Below, piece by piece: positions 56,504-64,000 of a DNA stretch of 64,000 nt. The first letter of the stretch is position 1. Each line of letters opens with the position of its first letter. Below the pieces are notes generated by a model. The model saw only the letters and a program-made list of their open reading frames with translations. It was not told the DNA's origin and searched no databases. This DNA is from Rhynchopus sp. YZ270_cl-10 (taxonomy: Eukaryota). Both the position numbers and the translations under genes were made by a program. The stretch is from contig OZ037840.1 in NCBI GenBank assembly GCA_964035575.1, forward strand, positions 1,550,001 through 1,614,000, read 5' to 3'.

Positions 56504-58253
56504 CAAATTTCCATTTGTTGCTGACGACGAAGTTTTACACAGAGTTGTTATTTTTTATTTCACTTTTTTTTTTTGTGAAAGAGAAAACCGACGCAGGAGC
56601 TTTTTATCGAAAACTGTTTTCTTCTCCGCTAACGCACAAGAACACTTGACAGAAAAAACTTTTTCACACAACGTTTTTTGCTGTTCTTCTCCTTTTTCAA
56701 CTCTCTGCTTTTCATACTTTTTAAAAATGGATTTTAAAATGGATTGCCCTGGTCACAAGGACAAGGCGTGGAGAGCGGAGGTGCGTAATCGGGTCGCGAT
56801 AGCTCGCGAACTTTCCTGCAGTCAACGCAGGGAAAGAATAATCAACGATGTGATACAGGATATGGGTGGTTCAGTGATTCCACAGAACCGACACCATTGA
56901 TGTGTCTCAACCAAAACCAAATAATTAGAAATTAAAAAAGAGAGAGTTTTTGAAGTAAGGAAAGAAAAGTGTGAGGCTTGGGATCATCTTACCAAGATGT
57001 TTCCCCCCCCCCGGTTCATGCTGAGAAATCACTGTGATTCACCTGGATCGATCCGTGCTCACCCCTCTCGAGACCCTCTGTGGCACCCCATTCACTATCC
57101 TGCCGGAGACCCTCGGGAACTCAGTGGTTATTTGAGCAGGAAAGGCAAAATGGAAAATAATAAAAACCAGAAAACCGTCCGTGAAGTACGGCGACAAAGA
57201 ACGCATTTTTCACTTCCCAGACGTATTCATACAAAATAAAAATGTACAACAACGCTCTCCCCTCTTGTCTAGCGCATCCATCTTACAGACATAACGAAAT
57301 CATAAAACCTATATTCTCGAACTTTTCTCCCGACGTGATTTTCTTGGTCGCATCCTCTATTCAAAGCCCCCTTTTTGTCTCTGTTTTTCATCCAAACGGC
57401 GATGCGTAATAATTTTCCTCCAGACCTCAAAATCTTTTGACTGATTTGCTCTTCCGTGAAAATTGAAGCCTGTTTCGGTGTGTCGTTCACTCGTATTTGG
57501 TAAGTACCTTGCCCCCTTCGCCACAAGCTTCGTTGCACCCGTTTCGGGAGCTAAGATACGTAGGACGTCCACAAGCCTTCAGGCAATACCTGCTCGTAGT
57601 TGCGGATTGAGGATTGAGACCAAGACCCGTGGGCGACATACCCTTCGTGAGAGGGAGGCTCAAGGTGGGGGAAACAGCAGGGGTGTGGTCGGAAGGCAAG
57701 TGGCAGCTCCGACGCGTGGTACAATGAAGGTGAACTTCATATTGTTGGCCATTGTGGGCAATATCTGCATCATCCTCGTCCAGCTCGTCGCTCACAGACA
57801 GCGTGCACCTCTTTCACCATCCAGTTTTGGGTCGGCAACCCAGATGGTGGTGGATGGAATGCTCTCCACACTCCCAAAAGTGTGCACCCCTTTGTTCTGG
57901 GGATGGTGGCGGAATCGCACGCGGCCGGTCTCGCTTCTGCACACCATGCGTATACCTGCTGTGTGTTTGTTGTCTGTAACCAGGCACGGGCTTGGTGGAC
58001 AGGGTTGGTTTCGCTATGCTGCATGTCTTTCCTGAGCACGCCGATGAGGGCTTCTCCAAACGTCGGGGTCCCCCGCCAGGCGCCACCGTCGCAATCCTGA
58101 AGTGCAGTGTTCGTCACCTTCCTTTTTTTTGCACTTTTTTCACATGCCGTGTCATAAAAAAGCGTCAATATACTTTTGTGCCCTTCACACTTCACTTTGT
58201 TCCCCCTCTCCCCTCTCCACACTCTTTCAGGATACCCTCCACCCTCCCCCTCA

Positions 58254-61200
58254 ATGCTGGGTAGAGTAGCGATGCTGCTGCTATACGCAGTGATGGCACA
58301 GGCAGCAACGCTGCTATCAATTGAGTCGTGGTCATTGAACTCCCCGGACTTCATGGTCGTCGACGACTCGAACCGCGAGATTTACGCTTTCCAGGAGGAC
58401 CTTTGGGCGAAAGTGTCTTACGACGGCGTAACGTACGCCTTGACTGTTGTGGAGCACGTTTCTGCGCACAGCGTGGAGAACGCTATTAGGCATGGTGCGA
58501 GCATCGTGACGCACGATGGCGCATCGATGTTGGGGAAGTACTACCTAGGGAACATCGACTTCGACGCAGCCCCTGATGAATCGCAGACCCTCACCTCGAA
58601 CGCCTGCGAACACATTGCCGAGAGCCCCGCAGGCATCGTTGCGTTTCAAGACGACTTCACCATGTGGCGCGGCGCCTTTGGCACCCCAGGGAGGAACCTC
58701 AACCAGGACTGCGGCGAGGTCGCGCAGTTCTCGAACGGTGTGCTGCTGCACGTAGACGCAAGCTCTGCGTTGCAGTCGATGGACAGCTCGGATGGACCGT
58801 TAGGGCCGCTCGGGGGTGGTCCCATCACACAGGAAGTGGAGGAGTTGTGCATCTCTCATGGTGGTCCGGAAGAGATCGGGTGGGTCGCAACGAACGACTT
58901 CTTCTATTCCGTGGAACAGGACCCGATGGCGTTGAACGCGCCACGGGTGGGGCCGCCGCAGACGTCGCATGATTCGTCTGAGATCCAGCACATCAGTGCA
59001 GAGCGTGACCTCAACTGTCTCGTGGTAACGACGCCGACGTCCGTGGCAGTCTACAAGGTGGAGATACCGCCCCCAGGTGGGATGATGATGCCACCCCCAG
59101 ATGTGAACATAAGCCCCCCAGATGTGTACACCAACGCGACGCATTCCCTCGGTGACTTCGACAACGCGTACATCGTGCGCAGTAACGGCCCCACAGTGAT
59201 AGTGGCAGTCGCAACAGACCTGTTTGTCTTCTTGGTGGAGATGCAGTGTGGCGGCCCGCCCCCGACACAGGCTCCCCCAACACCGTCGCCGCCAACACCA
59301 TCGCCGCCGACGCCAGCGCCGGAAACGGTTTCCCCTCCAACACCTTCGCCACCAACACCATCACCACCTACTCCGGCACCACCGACACCTTCACCGCCAA
59401 CACCTTCCCCACCCACGCCTGCGCCGCTGACAGTAGCGCCACCAACGCCATCACCACCTACACCGGCGCCACCGACACCTGCGCCACCAACTCCATCGCC
59501 GCCAACACCAGAGCCAACAGCAATGCCACCAGGAGTGACAGCATCACCACCCACGCCTGCGCCACCGACAGTGGCGCCGCCAACACCATCACCACCTACT
59601 CCGGCACCACCGACACCTTCACCGCCAACACCTGCGCCACCGACGCCTGCACCACCGACGGTAGCGCCACCAACTCCGGCGCCACCGACACCTGCTCCAG
59701 CAACACCCGCACCACCAACTCCGTCACCGCCAACACCTTCCCCACCCACGCTTGCGCCGCCAACACCCTCCCCACCTACTCCATCACCACCTACTCCATC
59801 GCCGCCAACACTTGCTCCACCAACACCATCACCACCTACCCCGGCGCCGCCGACACCTTCACCGCCAACTCCTTCCCCGCCTACCCCGTCACCACCGACA
59901 CCCTCTCCAGCTACACCTGCACCTCTGACTCCAGCACCACAAACACCATCGCCTCCAACACCTGCTCCGCTCACACCGGCACCTTTGACTCCTGCTCCAC
60001 TGACCCCGTCGCCGCCGACACCTGCTCCCCTAACACCAGCGCCGCTCACACCAGCGCCACTGACACCTGCTCCACTGACCCCAGCACCGGAAACCCCTGC
60101 TCCGCTCACACCAGCACCACTCACATCTGCACCACTGACACCTACTCCACAAACAGCAGCGCCAACAGCTGGGCCCACAGTGGCACCACCAGGAGAGACC
60201 GCAACACCAACGGCAGCACCGACCTTCGCACCGACACCACGGACAGTGGCGCCACCTGGCTTGACAGCAACGCCCACAGCCACACCCACAGCCGCCCCGA
60301 CACAAACACCACCTGCAAAACCTACACTGGCACCACCTACCACCATGAGCCCAGCGTCACCCTCACCTACCACCCCCCAGTCAACATCACCGACACTTGC
60401 CCCTGACACTGCCCTTGGTGCGGTCAAGCCTGAACGCATCCCCACAGACACAGTCACACATGCCCAGGAGCGTGCCACCGTTGTTGGCGAGTCTGCGGCT
60501 GCGGTGGTGGCGGTGACTGCGGTGATGGGAGTGGGGGGCGGAAGCGCGGCACCTGGGAATGTTGTGGTGCTTCGCTCCACGAAGTGCACGAGCACCGTCG
60601 ACGACTCGGAGGACATGGAGGTACTGCTCCACCCGCTGCAGTTCAGCATCTCCGGTGTGCCTGCGGCGGGCGCTATTGTGGGGAACATCATCCTCTGGGT
60701 TGCTGTTGTGCTCTTCTTCTCGGGCCTCGTCTTTGCCCTTCAGACCTGCGGCGTGGGCAGTAGTGTCGACGCACCGCATCTGTCCCCCTTTATGAAGGCC
60801 GGCTCTGTCGTGCGATTCCCTTCTGCACTGCTGCCTATTCCGCTGCTACTGCTTGCTGGCATATTGCAGTCGGCGTTTGACATCATCTTCCACCCGAGAG
60901 ATGCTGTCATTGTCAACGGCATTGGATACGTCGGCTTGGTTACCAGCATCAGCTTCACGGCTCTCATGTTTAAAACTTCTGCCAAACCAGAAGCAACAGT
61001 TGAATTCCAAAAGAGAAAGCCCCTCGCACGGTACCTCCTCGGTGAAAAGGGGTGGGTCTCCAACGCCCCGCTCTCCGTCGAAAGACACGGCCTGATCTAC
61101 GACATTTACAGAGAGCTTCCTTGGATCCGAGGAAACTATTTTGCACTGGAAACCCTGTACCTCTACCCACTCACAATGCTGTCCGCCATCAGAAGCGATG

Positions 61201-62030
61201 ACTGGGGGATTTGCGCGCTAAAATCTGGCTCCATGGGTCTGATCTTCCTCCTGATGGCCGTTTTTATTGTGATTCAGGACATCTTTTTGGTAAAATTCCT
61301 GAAGCATTTAATGGTTATCTCGAATTTGGGGATGTTTTTTGGGCTCGTTTTCTATACCATAGCATACCTGAATGAGGATATGAAGTATTGGACAACTGGT
61401 CTCGGGATTGCTTGCTTTATGGTGTCCATGGTCTTAGCCTTGGTGCGTTCCGTGTACGATTTGGTAACGTACGTGATGGAGATAAAGTTTGGATATAAAA
61501 TTTCGAAGAAGGGCCACACCATTGACGACAAAGAATGTGAGTCTCTCTGCAGCCGGGCAGCGACAGATGACATTGAGGACTTCGACTTCGACTATACAAG
61601 CGCAAGGAAGATGTGCAGCTCAGACAGCTTTGACGCATCTGTTACGCAGCAAATCGGCGTTCAAGACCTGCCGCCAGCTCCATTGAGAAATACGTACCGT
61701 AAGAACAGTAATTTCTCAAGCCCGGACAACGATTCTGTCGCGCTGCACTCTCGTCGTGGTAGTACATTTTCGCTTCAAAACGTTCCGGAAAACGACTCTC
61801 TCTACACTCCAAGGGTGTTGCAGTCTGGCAGCCAGCACTCATCACCGGCTCGCAGCCCTCTCAAGTCTGAGCTAGGGGATTCAAGCAAGCTAATGTCCCT
61901 CTCTCTCGGTCGTGGCGCTCGTAAGCCCTCAGGACAGCCTCTCATGTCAGGCACGCTCAAGAACGCTTCTATCAAAAGCATTGACCGTGCGTCATCCAAT
62001 TTCGGGCGGTTTCAAAAAGGACGGTTCTAG
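58254..62030 (+). CDS. Large surface protein: signal peptide, globular N-domain, ~370-aa TP(S/A)P stalk, multi-TM domain, Ser-rich cytosolic tail
   Basis: [32 protein letters not shown] pentapeptide repeats at about 59260-60400, LHPLQF...GAIVGN, and about 8-9 hydrophobic helices. Confidence 0.85.
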   Translation: MLGRVAMLLLYAVMAQAATLLSIESWSLNSPDFMVVDDSNREIYAFQEDLWAKVSYDGVTYALTVVEHVSAHSVENAIRHGASIVTHDGASMLGKYYLGNIDFDAAPDESQTLTSNACEHIAESPAGIVAFQDDFTMWRGAFGTPGRNLNQDCGEVAQFSNGVLLHVDASSALQSMDSSDGPLGPLGGGPITQEVEELCISHGGPEEIGWVATNDFFYSVEQDPMALNAPRVGPPQTSHDSSEIQHISAERDLNCLVVTTPTSVAVYKVEIPPPGGMMMPPPDVNISPPDVYTNATHSLGDFDNAYIVRSNGPTVIVAVATDLFVFLVEMQCGGPPPTQAPPTPSPPTPSPPTPAPETVSPPTPSPPTPSPPTPAPPTPSPPTPSPPTPAPLTVAPPTPSPPTPAPPTPAPPTPSPPTPEPTAMPPGVTASPPTPAPPTVAPPTPSPPTPAPPTPSPPTPAPPTPAPPTVAPPTPAPPTPAPATPAPPTPSPPTPSPPTLAPPTPSPPTPSPPTPSPPTLAPPTPSPPTPAPPTPSPPTPSPPTPSPPTPSPATPAPLTPAPQTPSPPTPAPLTPAPLTPAPLTPSPPTPAPLTPAPLTPAPLTPAPLTPAPETPAPLTPAPLTSAPLTPTPQTAAPTAGPTVAPPGETATPTAAPTFAPTPRTVAPPGLTATPTATPTAAPTQTPPAKPTLAPPTTMSPASPSPTTPQSTSPTLAPDTALGAVKPERIPTDTVTHAQERATVVGESAAAVVAVTAVMGVGGGSAAPGNVVVLRSTKCTSTVDDSEDMEVLLHPLQFSISGVPAAGAIVGNIILWVAVVLFFSGLVFALQTCGVGSSVDAPHLSPFMKAGSVVRFPSALLPIPLLLLAGILQSAFDIIFHPRDAVIVNGIGYVGLVTSISFTALMFKTSAKPEATVEFQKRKPLARYLLGEKGWVSNAPLSVERHGLIYDIYRELPWIRGNYFALETLYLYPLTMLSAIRSDDWGICALKSGSMGLIFLLMAVFIVIQDIFLVKFLKHLMVISNLGMFFGLVFYTIAYLNEDMKYWTTGLGIACFMVSMVLALVRSVYDLVTYVMEIKFGYKISKKGHTIDDKECESLCSRAATDDIEDFDFDYTSARKMCSSDSFDASVTQQIGVQDLPPAPLRNTYRKNSNFSSPDNDSVALHSRRGSTFSLQNVPENDSLYTPRVLQSGSQHSSPARSPLKSELGDSSKLMSLSLGRGARKPSGQPLMSGTLKNASIKSIDRASSNFGRFQKGRF

Positions 62031-64000
62031 AGGAAAGGGTGAGTTTTGGATTTTTTTTGTTGTTGTTTTTAGATGCATGTTCAGTTGCAACTGTTTTGTT
62101 TTTTTTTGGTGAACCAAAATGTACAGCATATTTTGACCGACTTTTTGTTTTTTTGTTGTTTTTGTTTTTCAAAACAGAAACCGAGCGTGGGAGTTTTTTT
62201 TTTAAACACTTCTCGACTCAGAGAAAAGAAAAAAAAAACATCTCCCTACCTCTAAATACCCGCGGAGAGTCAGTGCCTGCGTCCCAGAGGCGTTTTGCAT
62301 TGTCAACTTTGCATTATTTTTTCTTCTTTGGGATGCTTCAGTATTTTTATACCTATTGTTTCCCTTCCCCTCTTCCACGCCTGAAAAATACCAGAATTTT
62401 ATTTCTAATTTGTCAAAACAAATTCCCCTCTTCCCCTCTTCCATGGAAACGGGGTGCCTTTTTGTTTTAAATAAAACGAAATTTATTTCTTTTACTTATT
62501 CTAAATCCCCCCCTTCCTCTTCCACGAATAGAAACGAAGGAGTACAATAACAAAAACGTCATCTAGGATTCAAATAACAAGAAGAAGAATCCAACAATAG
62601 TTCCATTTTAAAGATGACTAAGCACACGAGGCCTTAGGTTCATCTTTTTAACATTTGTTTTTATTTTTGTATGAATTTGTTATTTTTTTTTTTTTTGCGT
62701 CCCTTTTGTTGTGTACTAGAGGCACCTTCATCTTTCAAGCTTTTTTTCTTTTTTTAGATGTGTGTGCACAAGAGACACTCATCAATTGTTTCCCTTTTTT
62801 CCCCCTCCATTTTTTTAAAATATTGTGTGCCTGTGTCCGCCGATGCACGGTAAGCCGTTTTGCACTTCTCTTTTCTTGTTTCTTTCAGTCTGGTTTCAAA
62901 AAATAGTGGATCACACCCAAGCCTAGGCTATGGTGGCTACACTAATATAACCAAGTTTTCAAAAAAAAAAAAAACCCCCCCAAACTCCCCATTTTGTTCG
63001 TGTAAATTTGTCGTGTTGTGTTTTCTTTCGTTGGCCCTAGTGATTGTGGGATAAAAATCCTGCATACAAAAGAAAATGGGCAGAGAGCTACGTCGCCAGT
63101 GGCGATAGGGATTCAGGGTCTGTGGTAGCACAGCGTTACGCTTCCCGAGCTTCTTCTTCTTTGATTTTTTTTTTTGATGAGGTGTCTAAGCACGTCGAGG
63201 CTTAAGTTCATCTTCTTCCACACCTTTTTTTCCCCCTTCTTTCTGTACCAGAATATTTTGTTTCGGGTTTCAGTGATTCCGTCCGTGGCGACGCTTTTGC
63301 ACTAACCTTCACAATTATTTTTGATTTTTCGTTTTCTTTATTTTATTCCCCCCCCCCCCTTCATTTCCCGTATTTTCTTCCCCTCTTCCCCCTTTTCATG
63401 TATGACTAGCGTGAGGCCGGTGAATCTGAGAATATTATTATATTTGCTCCCCTGTAAATTTGTTTGAAGAAACAAGGGAGGGGCGGCGAAAGGCTCTCAA
63501 AGGGAGTGTTGCGAGATTTCTTTTTATTTTCCCCCCTTTTTCCCCAATAATAAATTCCCTTTTTCTTAGGTTAGACACGAGAGGCCCAGGCTCGTTTTAC
63601 CATTTTTTTTAACCAAAAGAAAGCCGACGCAGGAGCTTTTCTTGGAACTGTTTTATTCTCCTCACCCCAACAACAACATCACATTCAGAAAAACACTGTT
63701 TTTTCGTTTTTATTCGCTTTCTTTTCTTCTTCCTCACACTTTGTTACTGTGAAGAAAAATTTTTTCGTTTCCCTCCCTCCCTGGTCGCATACTGCGAGTT
63801 TTCCTGGATGCGCAGGAAAAATGACTGGGGAGTGTTGGTGGCTCCGTGACGCCACAGAGCCGGCACACTTCGTTGAGTGCCTCACAAAACCTAAAAATTA
63901 CTTATTTGCTTTTATCTATTGTCTTCACGCTTTATCGTTGTTGTTGGGGTGGGAAATAAAATTTTTTGAAAGATTTATGTGAGAGTCAGAGAGACACATT

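Noticed and set aside
57724..58035. Signal-peptide-like ORF MKVNFILLAIVGN...
   Set aside because: Short, lies in a patchwork spacer, and has no supportable continuation.
59051..60691. 546-aa Gly/Val-rich minus-strand ORF
   Set aside because: Antisense shadow of the Pro/Thr repeat gene.

Overview
Eukaryotic protist DNA, most consistent with a euglenozoan and probably a diplonemid (inference). All credible genes lie on the + strand, introns are rare canonical GT-AG, and intergenic DNA is rich in non-autonomous DNA transposons. Genes: 3' end of a cyclase-like gene, a two-exon Ser/Thr kinase, a CUB-like surface protein, a Dicer/RIG-I-type helicase lacking RNase III, a CDF zinc transporter, a FOXRED2-like flavoprotein ending in SKL, four UBL/beta-propeller paralogues and one LRR protein (all ending in CaaX), a small spliced membrane protein, a degenerate eIF4A-like helicase, two degenerate membrane cyclases and a large Pro/Thr-stalk multi-TM protein. 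Highlights: (1) CaaX-anchored propeller paralogues with patchwork hypervariable loops on a near-invariant scaffold; (2) nine TIR elements with resolvable ends and varied TSDs that share cargo modules, three carrying a different 8-bp satellite just inside the left end; (3) a stand-alone Dicer-like helicase module. All calls were made by eye, with no database searches.
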